Source of the DNA: Balanoglossus misakiensis
Lineage: Eukaryota > Animalia > Hemichordata
DNA: 64,000 bases
Assembly (NCBI GenBank): GCA_040954595.2
Contig: CM082576.2
Location: forward strand, 6,947,129 to 7,011,128
Direction of reading: 5' to 3'
Of this stretch, positions 32,301 to 43,846 are shown piece after piece. Positions within the stretch are counted from its first letter, which is position 1, and each line of letters begins with the position of its first letter. The notes under the pieces were generated by a model that saw nothing but the letters and a program-made list of their open reading frames with translations, was not told the origin of the DNA and searched no databases. The translations under genes and the position numbers were made by a program.

Positions 32301-34523
32301 AAATTTAGGAAAAGTCGAAAAATTGTCATTTGTGGATGATTTTCATGAGCTATAACCCATGATTTTTTCAAAAAATGAAGAAATTTTGAAATTTCGGAAT
32401 GTCGAAAAATTGTCATTTGTGGATGATTTTCATGAGCTATAACCCATGATTTTTTCAAAAAATGAAGAAATTTTGAAATTTCGGAAAGTCGAAAAATTGT
32501 CATTTGTGGATGATTTTCATGAGCTATAACCCATGATTTTTTCAAAAAATGAAGAAATTTTGAAATTTCGGAAAGTCGAAAAATTGTCATTTGTGGATGA
32601 TTTTCATTTTCATGAGCTATAACCCATGATTTTTTCAAAAAATGAAGAAATTTTGAAATTTCGGAAAGTCGAAAAATTGTCATTTGTGGATGATTTTCAT
32701 GAGCTATAACCCATGATTTTTTCAAAAAATGAAGAAATTTTGAAATTTCGGAAAGTCGAAAAATTGTCATTTGTGGATGATTTTCATGAGCTATAACCCA
32801 TGATTTTTTCAAAAAATGAAGAAATTTTGAAATTTCGGAAAGTCGAAAAATTGTCATTTGTGGATGATTTTCATGAGCTATAACCCATGATTTTTTCAAA
32901 AAATGAAGAAATTTTGAAATTTCGGAAAGTCGAAAAAGTGTCATTTGTGGATGATTTTCATGAGCTATAACCCATGATTTTTTCAAAAAATGAAGAAATT
33001 TTGAAATTTCGGAAAGTCGAAAAATTGTCATTTGTGGATGATTTTCATGAGCTATAACCCGTGATTTTTTCAAAAAATGAAGAAATTTTGAAATTTCGGA
33101 AAGTCGAAAAATTGTCATTTGTGGATGATTTTCATGAGCTATAACCCATGATTTTTTCAAAAAATGAAGAAATTTTGAAATTTCGGAAAGTCGAAAAATT
33201 GTCATTTGTTGATGATTTTCATGAGCTATAACCCATGATTTTTTCAAAAAATGAAGAAATTTTGAAATTTCGGAAAGTCGAAAAATTGTCATTTGTTGAT
33301 GATTTTCATGAGCTATAACCCATGATTTTTTCAAAAAATGAAGAAATTTTGAAATTTCGGAAAGTCGAAAAATTGTCATTTGTGGATGATTTTCATGAGC
33401 TATAACCCATGATTTTTTCAAAAAATGAAGAAATTTTGAAATTTCGGAAAGTCGAAAAATTGTCATTTGTGGATGATTTTCATGAGCTATAACCCATGAT
33501 TTTTTCAAAAAATGAAGAAATTTTGAAATTTCGGAAAGTCGAAAAATTGTCATTTGTGGATGATTTTCATGAGCTATAACCCATGATTTTTTCAAAAAAT
33601 GAAGAAATTTTGAAATTTCGGAAAGTCGAAAAATTGTCATTTGTGGATGATTTTCATGAGCTATAACCCATGATTTTTTCAAAAAATGAAGAAATTTTGA
33701 AATTTCGGAAAGTCGAAAAATTGTCATTTGTGGATGATTTTCATGAGCTATAACCCATGATTATTTCAAAAAATGAAGAAATTTTGAAATTTCGGAAAGT
33801 CGAAAAATTGTCATTTGTGGATGATTTTCATGAGCTATAACCCATGATTTTTTCAAAAAATGAAGAAATTTTGAAATTTCGGAAAGTCGAAAAATTGTCA
33901 TTTGTAGATGATTTTCATGAACTATAACCCATGATTTTTTCAAAAAATGAAGAAATTTTGAAATTTCGGAAAGTCGAAAAATTGTCATTTGTGGATGATT
34001 TTCATGAGCTATAACCCATGATTTTTTCAAAAAATGAAGAAATTTTGAAATTTCGGAAAGTCGAAAAATTGTCATTTGTGGATGATTTTCATGAGCTATA
34101 ACCCATGATTTTTTCAAAAAATGAAGAAATTTTGAAATTTCGGAAAGTCGAAAAATTGTCATTTGTGGATGATTTTCATGAGCTATAACCCATGATTTTT
34201 TCAAAAAATGAAGAAATTTTGAAATTTCGGAAAGTCGAAAAATTGTCATTTGTGGATGATTTTCATGAGCTATAACCCATGATTTTTTCAAAAAATGAAG
34301 AAATTTTGAAATTTCGGAAAGTCGAAAAATTGTCATTTGTGGATGATTTTCATGAGCTATAACCCATGATTTTTTCAAAAAATGAAGAAATTTTGAAATT
34401 TCGGAAAGTCGAAAAATTGTCATTTGTGGATGATTTTCATGAGTTATAACCCATGATTTTTTCAAAAAATGAAGAAATTTTGAAATTTCGGAAAGTCGAA
34501 AAATTGTCATTTGTGGATGATTT
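20348..34523 (-). repeat. 87-bp satellite array, ~163 near-identical copies in reverse orientation, with higher-order duplications
   Basis: Seen directly; the 29-aa periodic translation MTIFRLSEISKFLHFLKKSWVIAHENHPQ gives the 87-bp period. Confidence 0.99.
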
Positions 34524-35888
34524 GCAAAATTTGACATTTGACTTTACCCGTTTAAATTGTCTCAACATCAACGCAGTGTTGGGGTAATAAAATGATACAG
34601 ACACAAGTATTTCAGTTTAATCTAGTCCATTGAAAATTTTAATCTCAAAGAGAATACATGTATACAGTGTTATCCGTAGACTTACAATATGAAAAAGGAA
34701 AGAAAATCAATGAGTTGTAATTTACACAATCATGCCAAAGTTTCCAACCATAGCATTGCATCAGCTTGGTAAACATCAATGGAAATGCTATTGTCATTAG
34801 ATGTTAGGTGGTCACTGCAGACTACCAGTAACAGTTACAGCTGCATCGCGGTAAATGGACACTTCGTCCTAAGCTTGGTTGCCGGATACCCATCTGGTAT
34901 TTGCATCTGCAAAACAAGAAATGTAAAAATAACTGTCTTTAATATCCATGGACATGAAACAAAGCATGATCATCACTGTACAGCCAATAGTTGTTCATTC
35001 GCAGAAGGTAATCAGGCAAATCTGTATGGCTGCCCGGAATTTCACTCTCTATTTGGCAATTTGATTCAATTCTACTGCAATAACGATAGAGATCTGTCCA
35101 TATAAGCTTATAATTGCACCTAGTTGAACCGACATTGAACTCCTGGACATCGTGAACAAATACACCCCACCCCTTCCATGTATTGTCTCAGTCATTGCTT
35201 CAATTTTCTTTCCCACAATTCTTACCTTCACACAACCATACGGTAATCTCTGGACATCAATCACACAGGCTGGCAATCATCTTAGCATCATCTATGGAAT
35301 CTCTGGAATAAATGAAAAGTATGTAAAGATGGCCGACATGTTTGTGCCATAAAAAAATGGCCACACCTTGCATCTAGCAGTCAGGTCGATTTTAAAACAT
35401 CCACATATTTTACCGGTTCCATATTGTTACATGCAGGTTTGTGAAAAATCGGTTCGCTCGACTGGGAAACGGCATCAGTCTGAATCGAAAAAACAAAAAC
35501 TTCAAAATGGCCTCCATGCATGAAAAGAGGGGCTTTGATGTCTATATCGCTTGTCAAACCTTACTTGAAACCTCTGGTCTTCGTTCAGCCATTGAAGATA
35601 CTGCCCTTACCGCACCGGCCAGCTGTACTGCTGTATGGCGAAAACAACTAGTAGCTTAGGCCCCAGCTTTGTTGATGAATGCATCTGCAAAACAAGCAAA
35701 TAAAAGTGAATATTCATGAACACGAAATAAAACGTCTACCGCGATCACCGTACCACAAAGACGAATGTCAGGTTGTACTAGATGCAAAATAAACCACTCG
35801 GGTTATACTAGTATGTTTCGATAACGTTTTATTGATTGCAGTTGTGGTAAATGGGTAAAGATTACAAATCTCAACAATAAAAATGAAA

Positions 35889-36680
35889 GTACGCACGCTC
35901 GAAGATGATCGGTACGGAAATAAACCACTCAGTTTATCAGTACAACGTGTATGTTTTTAATTTTTTATTGAAAAATGACGAAAGATGACAAATCTGACAA
36001 AACCTATATTAACTTCTAGTAAATACGCACGCTCGAAGATGGTCGGTACGGAAATAAACCACTCAGTTTATCAGTACAACGTGTATGTTTTTAATTTTTT
36101 ATTGAAAAATGACGAAAGATGACAAATCTGACAAAACCTATATTAACTACTAGTAAATAAGCACGCTCAAAGATGATCGGTACGGAAATAAACCACTCAG
36201 TTTATCAGTACAACGTGTAGGTTTTTATTTTTTTATTGAAAAATGACGAAAGATGACAAATCTGACAAAACCTGTATTAACTACTAGTAAATACGCACGC
36301 TCGAAGATGATCGGTACGGAAATAAACCACTCAGTTTATCAGTACAACGTGTAGGTTTTTATTTTTTTATTGAAAAATGACGAAAGATGACAAATCTGAC
36401 AAAACCTGTATTAACTACTACGCACGCTCGAAGATGATTGGTACGGAAATAAACCACTCAGTTTATCAGTACAACGTGTATGTTTTTAATTTTTTATTGA
36501 AAAATGACGAAAGATGACAAATCTGACAAAACCTATATTAACTAATAGTAAATACGCACGCTCGAAGATGATCGGTACGGAAATAAACCACTCCAAGTAT
36601 TATGAGTGCGTGTATGTTTTTATTTTATTTTTATTGAATAATGACGAAAGATAACATATCTAAAAAAAACTTGTATTAAG
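35889..36680 (-). repeat. 134-bp tandem array, ~6 copies (right arm)
   Basis: The GATCGGTACGG landmark (or a 1-nt variant) occurs at ~35907, 36041, 36175, 36309, 36436 and 36570. Confidence 0.96.
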
Positions 36681-38029
36681 TATTAACTGACGGTCAGAGG
36701 GATGGGACCCACCCGCACCGGGGATTTTATTTATGTCTATATAACTTACTTGTTACGAAACTTCATCCACTGGTCTTCATTCAGCCATGGAACATACAAA
36801 CGCTCACCTCATTGTAGTCTAGCTGCATGGCCCAAATATACCGTACAACTTACCGTGAAACACATGCGCACACACTCACAACGAGCACCTTCCGATCGAA
36901 GCATTCAAAGCAGATAAACGTGTTGGTGCCGTGACAAAAATGACCCATGCACCGAGCATGTAGTCATGTTGGTTCTAAAACATTAATGACATCCACATAT
37001 AGCATCCGCATTGCTGCATTCTTCAGATTTGTGCAAAATCGGTTCGCTGAACTGGCTACCGGCACCAGTCAGAATCGTTGAAAGATCTTAAAAATTGCCC
37101 AAAATTTGGCTAATACCGCTTACTCGTACATCATGCTTGTAACATCATAGCATCCACGCAGAACGTACAACATCAGGTCATTTGGGCATCTGCAAAAAAT
37201 AAGGAAACAAATTGAATGCCTATCCATGAACAGGAAACAAAATATCAACCGTGATCACCGTACGCTAAACTGTTGTTCATTCGCATTTGTACATCATACA
37301 CGACTCGACAATATATGTTTTAGGGCTTCGTTGACAGACACGTAGCCTAAAAACACCAGCATGGCACTATGTACATTTACATATTTTCAAGTTTAGGCCT
37401 ACAGCCAAGCGGAACATTGTAAAATCCGACAAAAATATTTTTGGCAAAGACTGAACGGACACACAAAAATAACTGTTTCCAATGAAGCGTTTCAAAGCCT
37501 ACTCAGTACTTTTGCCATTGTCTGATAGTATAATACAACATTTGCATTCATTTACACCCGAAAACACGCTGACTGCACGTGTACCCGCTGTAGCTGTCAA
37601 TTCATCGAACCCGCTACCAATTCATCGTAGCCCCCCTCCCCTTTCCCGAAAAACTACCTTGTTTTTTATGTAAAAAAAATGCCGCCCACCAGTAGAGCTA
37701 AAACACCGACTTGTCTTAATGATTTGATAGACCGTATATCATTAGTAACGCGAAAGGGTGCGGGAATTTGTGAATTAAAAAGCAGGGCAGCGCTGACTGG
37801 AGCTGTCCGACTGTGGCGCATCAAATTTTTCAATTCTGTGGTGTAAACGTCTGGCTTTTAGTTGTCCGTAACTCGCCACAGAATAACCCATGCTTCTGGT
37901 CAAAAATTGAGTAACTGTGTCTACTTCGTTTACTTTACTTACCGCTGTCGTCATGAAAACTATCCAGCGGAGAAACTCTGTTTTGGGGGCAGAGTTCTCC
38001 GCATCTTCTCGTGGTCCGTGCAGCAGCAT

Positions 38030-38170
38030 GGCCGTCTGACTCTCTTATGAAAATACACGGAAGGCTAGACGGAAATTTCCAAGTGGAGGTGGTCCAGGTG
38101 GCTCCAACCAATCAGCAGCGAAAGCTTTGCATAGTCACGTCTCAAGTCACGTCACGTGACGTGACCCGCA
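38030..38170 (-). promoter_or_regulatory. Mirror inward-facing promoter in the right arm
   Basis: Same motifs retained (CACGTG, CCAATCAGC, GGAAATTTCC) with fewer TGACG units; donor retained as ACTTAC at 37937-37942. Confidence 0.5.
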
Positions 38171-38536
38171 TCAAAAGTGCTGACACAATTACATAACTGT
38201 TGAAATTTCGGATTCTTTTGTCGTAGTTTGCCAGACATTTTGAACATCACACGATTCCACATTCGAAAGAATTTACCATGCGCTTTGAAATGTTGGAGTA
38301 GGGGAAAATCATCGTCACCTAAATATCTATTCACTAACAATGCGTTTGTGATTCTAATCAGAATAACAACATTTTCAAATCTGTATTTTTGACTCTTTTT
38401 ATCAGGTGGAACGACCAGACCATGTATTTCAACTAGCGAGCACACTTCATTTACATTGGACGACGAAACGCCCCGAAACGTTTCACAACTTGTGTACAAC
38501 GTCCCCTTTTTTGAACTTTATGCGAGAAAGACATTG

Positions 38537-39366
38537 TCAGTCCATTGCTCCATGCAACAACCGGGAAGGGGTATACGGTTGGGAAACAAAGTTTTGCCTG
38601 TGGTTTAATAGGGTCATAGTTCTAGTGATTAGACCTACATTGTATATCAGTTCGATCAAATTTTCTGTCTGGTAGAACTTCGACTTTTAGGTTAAAGCGT
38701 ATTTATGTGGGCGATGGATTTTGTGGCGATTTTTTGCAAATTTCATAGATTTGTCTCGCCTAAAGGAGAAATGTTCTGTCAAAAATGACAGACGCGACAT
38801 CGGAAACTTATCTTTTGAAAATAATCGTCGATATGTCTATACACGATATTTGTATGTCAATTAGCATATGTTTTGGTTTATTTCTATAGTAACCTTTCGT
38901 AAATTTTGAAATTGAAATTTGATTTGACTATATACTCAGCATTGGCGGCGAATCATCTCAAATAGTGTTTTGAGGAAAAGTTATTGGTCACAAATTTACT
39001 TGACTTCAGACATCAAAGTCAAATTTCAAACTACTAGGGGCCTATAATTCCACCTGAAAATCATCATGTCTGTTGAACAGTCGGACTTTCTAATAATCGA
39101 AAAAAAATGACGAAATGCTAGTTATGGTCCGACCAAACGAAATCCGAAGGTGGTATGAACGGGTTCATAATTATAATGCTGATCTGTGTACTTACAAGTT
39201 GCCTTTGTAAAATAAAGAGTCCGTAGCAAAACTAACGCTGCATGCCGCGTTATAAGCTATGTGTACGAGTGTGGTAGTAGAGAATGATGTTGGACGTGAG
39301 GGGCTTGCATACAGTATACTCTTCCGCGAGAAATGATGCACGGTCTGGACTTGAGTTCCGTGATTT
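38537..39366 (+). repeat. Direct repeat copy 2 of 15010-15783
   Basis: Colinear with copy 1, with scattered substitutions and several indels (e.g. ~31 extra bp at ~38674). Confidence 0.93.
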
Positions 39367-40452
39367 GCAGAAACTGTGTAACACAAATTTTCAGTGGATC
39401 AATTATACTTCAATGTCCGTGCACATGATGTCAAAATAAAATTCGAAAACGGAACTTCGTTTTTGGTAGCAGAAATATGGTTCGAGATGCTGTCATTATA
39501 ATATGTCCTAGATCGATGTTCTACACCTGACCATAGGCTATCTCGAGATTCTAAAATGGCAAACAGGACAAATTGATTTACAAACAATAAAATTCACCAT
39601 TGGTCTTCCAGGCTGGGAGATGTGGCGTATGAAAACTAATTATTAAACGGAGGGATGAAAAACACGTCTATCTTTCTGTCGATTGTTTCTTTGGTTATTT
39701 TTGAAGTTTTTATTTTTATATTTCGGCCTGCCTGCCTACCCGTCAAAATACCGCGAGAGATATCTTTGGAGATAGCCCGCGCGAAGGAGTCTGGGTAACC
39801 GAGACTAATATACTACCAGACTACTTTATATAGTACATGTAGTACATGTACATATGTACATATGCATGTATGCAGCTCGTTGGGGGCGTCGAGTTGTTCA
39901 GACTGGATTAGCAAAACTACAGCCACAACTTAGTTGCATATTCAGGCCGTTTAATTCAGCGGTGAGTAAACAGTTTTCACGATATATTACACTGATTCTT
40001 CTCAGATCTTCTCAGTCTCACAAGCATGCAGCACAGGTGAGATGATCGGCAGATATGCACTTAGTCTTGCTCCAAGACTGTGTGATACTGAAAAAGAAAT
40101 GCGCGTCCGCGTTGCGTATAGAACAGGACGCGACGCTAATCGTACGCTGACGCAGTTCCGAAAGTTCCATAGGCACAGCGACTGCTTAGAGTCTAATATG
40201 CACTCTGACCCGAATGTAATATGGGGGTGCGTTCGACGCACAAAGCGTTTTGTGAATGCTTGCTCTCAAGAGGGCGCCGTCAATGACCTTTGACTTTTCA
40301 GAGACAGCGGCCGTAAGCAAGAGGCACAAGACCTGTAATTCACTTCTAGTAACCGTGCTTCCTGTAAAAAAAAGTAGTGCATTGCCTAATATTTTGAGAC
40401 CTGAATTGATATTTAGCTCAACGCTACCATTGTCGTCTATGGGAAATGAATT

Positions 40453-40597
40453 ACACGATCACCGTGTCGATAAGCAAAAAACACACGTTATCGACACGAC
40501 CATCGTGTCGATAGGTGAGGAAAACTACATTATGGACACGATCATCGTGTTGATAAAGCATTTTTTTCCCTTATCCACACGACGATCGTGTCGATAG
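40453..40597. repeat. Four ~27-bp palindromic repeats (TTATCGACACGAnnnTCGTGTCGATAA-like) with 14-15 bp dissimilar spacers
   Basis: Copies at 40453-40473 (truncated), 40488-40514, 40530-40556 and 40571-40597. Confidence 0.85.
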
Positions 40598-41086
40598 GCG
40601 CAACCATGTGGGTGATAAGGCCTTCAGACAATGTTAGAACAACATGCCAAATGGTCAATTACCTGACCTCATTGCTACATGTACATTCATCATGTAAAAC
40701 GGAAAGACGCCAATTGTAGTGCTAGTGGTTGTGATGGGTCCCATACAACACACGGTTTACGGGCGAACCATTTGATTTCTGGGAGGGCTGGGTGGAGGAT
40801 TTTTAGGGGGGGGGGATTGTTGGCAGATGATGCATAAAAAATGCTTCTGCAATGCTTTAAGGGAAAAGGTGGACTGGCAATCGAAAAAGAAATGCTGTAA
40901 TATTAATGGCTGAAAAAAATACTGACAAACCCAAATCCTCCACCAGCCAGAAATCAAATGGTTCTCCCCTTACTGCAGCATTGTACTGGTAAATCATTGC
41001 AACCAGTGTGGTTGATACACTGTACTACATGTATGTTAAACTTTTTTTTGTAGTTAACTACTCAAAGCAGTCCCTCTGATTTAACA

Positions 41087-43267
41087 ATGAGCAACAAGAT
41101 GAAGATGATAATAGACTGTGATGCTGGGGTTGATGACGCCCAGGCCATCATGATGGCCCTTGCCCACCCTGATGTAGAAGTGTTGGGGATCACATGTGTA
41201 GCTGGTAATGTGTCGGTGAACCAGGTTTCACTCAACGTTTTACGTATACTCAAAGCATGTGGTAAATTAGACGAGGTAAGATGGCTGTTTCTACTGCTTG
41301 AAGTTTTTGTCACTTTTCTGAATTGCAACACAAGTGCCAGTCCAGAAGATTCACATCGTCATGGTGATCGACTGTTGGTTTTGCAATATTGAGAACCATA
41401 GTCACTAAATATCTATCATTTTAGATTCCAGTTCACAAAGGTGCTGCATCATCACTCGTAAGTCGAGACATCACCCTGGCTACCCACTACCATGGCGATG
41501 ATGGTTTGGGTGATAATCCAGATGTAAACGCACCAGATGGGAGCCACATATCTTCAAAGCATGCTGTACATGCTTTAATTGAGCATGTCAACAACAATCC
41601 GTCAGAAGTCTCCATCGTGGCCATTGGTCCACTGACTAACTTAGCCCTGGCAGCAAGACTGGATCAAACGTTCACCCAGAAGGTCAAAGAGATTAGTATC
41701 ATGGGAGGGAATATAACAGGTAAAGAAATCGCACATTGAAAGTGTATAAACAGGATACAGTAACTCTGGCGATGCAAATATGAAATTTGACCTGGAATTT
41801 GTAATAGATGGAATATGTATGATCAGAATTATGTTTGCATAAAAGCAAATAAGCATGGTTTAATTGGAAGTTGTACTCGAAATAACTGTATACACACTCA
41901 CATTTTATTGGAAGGTTACAATTAATAAATACATGTACAAATACACACAAACAACCAACATATCTACTTGCATAGCACTGAGGTACTTGTACATGTTAAT
42001 GTGCACAATCATAACTCAACATTTCTGCAGTCACATTCCAATCTTAAATCACCATTATTATTTTCAAGGTCGGGGTAATGTCACTGCAACAGCGGAGTTC
42101 AATTTCTACATCGATGTTGAAGCGGCCCACGTGGTTTTAAATGATTTCCATTGCCCAATTTACATCAGCAGCTGGGAGATGACTCTCCAGCATGCATTAG
42201 ACTGGGTGAGTGTTCGTTATGGCGGTACTGAAATATTCCAGTTATGGTTTGACACTTTAAAGTATAAAACAGTATTGTATCTAATTTATTACATTTCATG
42301 CACAGTGTTTTGCAAAATCTTTGATCTGATAGTCTGATCCATCCAAACTTATCAGCATAATTTTAGAAAAATAAGATTTTACTCAAATGTACTTGAGATT
42401 AATGTAATAGATGTTACAATCCAGATATGTTACTATTTTTTGTATGTTATTTAGAAAACATATGTTCTCCCTTGTTGTTGGTCTATGATGTGAGAAGTTG
42501 TGATTTGGCTTGTGTGGTCATATTTATTAAGCGATAGAAGTTTTATTCCATGATTTCACTGTAGGATTGGTTCTGGAAGTGGATAGAAAAACCAACGGAA
42601 AAGGGCAGATTTATGAAGGATATCCATAAAACATCAATTGAGTACTATTCAACAGAGCGGGTGAGGAATTTATTTTTAATATTTATAAATGGCTCTTTCT
42701 ATGACAGATGGAGGATATTGTATCCAATACTAGTATGCAATGTAGCTATGTGCATGATGGGTGATTATAGGATGTATTGACAACAATTCAGATGTTAACA
42801 ATTTGAAAAGAAAGAAAAGCATTTCTTCTTTGTGCTATTTTGAATGTTACTTTTGAAAACAAAATACTGACTCAGATACTTGAGAGGTGTGCTTTCATGA
42901 TTGTGTGTACAATGATTTATAAGGGACACCGTTTTTAACCAAAATGCTACTTGAGAGTGCCCATGTTGTGATGAACAACCCACCAAACTATTTCTTCCTT
43001 GCTGCACATCAGGGACAGAAGGAATGCAGTGGTCACGGTTACATCACATGTGACCCATTCGCCATGGCCGTTGCAATCAACAAGAACGTCATTAAAGAGA
43101 TGAAGAAACACCACGTCACTGTTGAATTGTCCGGTTCAGTGTCCAGGGGACTCATGGTCGTGGATTGGACGGACAAATTTGAGAAATCCAAGACGATCAA
43201 CACTTGCATCGTCACCAAAGTGGATCTGGAGTCTTTCCAAAATATGATGGAGCTGTCCAATTCATAG
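41087..43267 (+). CDS. Inosine-uridine-preferring nucleoside hydrolase family protein; exons 41087-41275, 41425-41719, 42069-42205, 42565-42660, 43013-43267
   Basis: DCDAGVDDA (DxDxGxDD) Ca-binding motif, YHGDDGLGD, IGPLTNLA, MGG, GNVTATAEFNFYIDVEAA, CDPFAMAVAI. Phases are consistent. Confidence 0.93.
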
Positions 43268-43846
43268 ACATGAGTCTCTAGGAGACCATGATGGCTGAAA
43301 TGTGGCATTGGCCCCACTCCTCCTTCCAGCGAAGAACTATTCAAATGTCTCATTATACATGAATCACTATTTCACATTCTCTTGTTTTTTTTATGCAGGA
43401 TAAGAAATGCAAAGTTTCAAATCAAAGCATAATTTCGTTTGGATGTATTTACTTATCTACTAGTTAGAGAGGTTCACACTGTTGACTTTTTTGTGTCTAC
43501 AAAAGAATCATTGCAGTTCACCTTCAATAACTGTGTAAATTCACTTATATTATCTTCCAGAAACATCGCAAAATATTAAGCTGAAATTCACACCAGAGAA
43601 ATTGTGTGTATCACTTTTGCCAAGGAAATAATGGAAAGGAGTTTAAATTTTTAATGAAGTATTAAAACTTGACTAAAAGAGCTATTAGTTTTAAACAGAT
43701 GTCTCCCTGTTATCTTACTCTTGTACAGTTTCTTTTTTGTCCCACACGCAATGAAAATCTTGTTAAATCTTCTTGTGTAAACAATTTCCTTCATGGAGGT
43801 ACCAGTACTATAACCCTTCCCTTGAATTCCAACAACAATGTACTTC

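Larger units (their letters stand above)
15781..38468. mobile_element. Giant foldback-like palindromic element (~22.7 kb) with no transposase
   Basis: 15781 TTTCGTCGTCCAATG is the reverse complement of CATTGGACGACGAAA ending at 38468, and the mirror symmetry continues inward to the satellite. The palindrome is certain; mobility is inferred. Confidence 0.55.
34524..38468 (-). repeat. Right arm of the long inverted repeat (non-satellite part)
   Basis: Reverse complement of 15781-19984, with a ~149-bp deletion at ~35681 and a ~56-bp extra segment at ~37367-37422. Confidence 0.97.

Noticed and set aside
17549-34523. CRISPR arrays in the 134-bp or 87-bp repeats
   Set aside because: Pure tandem repeats with no unique spacers, no cas genes, and a eukaryotic context.
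20299-34537. Very long ORFs (up to 1094 aa) as protein-coding genes
   Set aside because: Consequence of an 87-bp (29-codon) monomer lacking a stop in one frame; stops and 1- or 8-bp frameshifts are propagated in higher-order copies.
15781-38468. Autonomous transposon or Maverick/Polinton
   Set aside because: No transposase, integrase, polymerase or RT ORF, and no short TSD.
15010-39366. LTR retrotransposon with 0.8-kb LTRs
   Set aside because: No TG...CA termini, PBS/PPT or gag-pol; the repeat is continuous with the host gene's 3' region.
39880-40318. Extra splice-like signals (donors at 39962, ~40037, 40313)
   Set aside because: Could be 5' UTR exons of the nucleoside hydrolase but cannot be supported without transcripts.
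40453-40597. True CRISPR array
   Set aside because: Only four degenerate repeats, 14-15 bp spacers are too short, and there are no cas genes.
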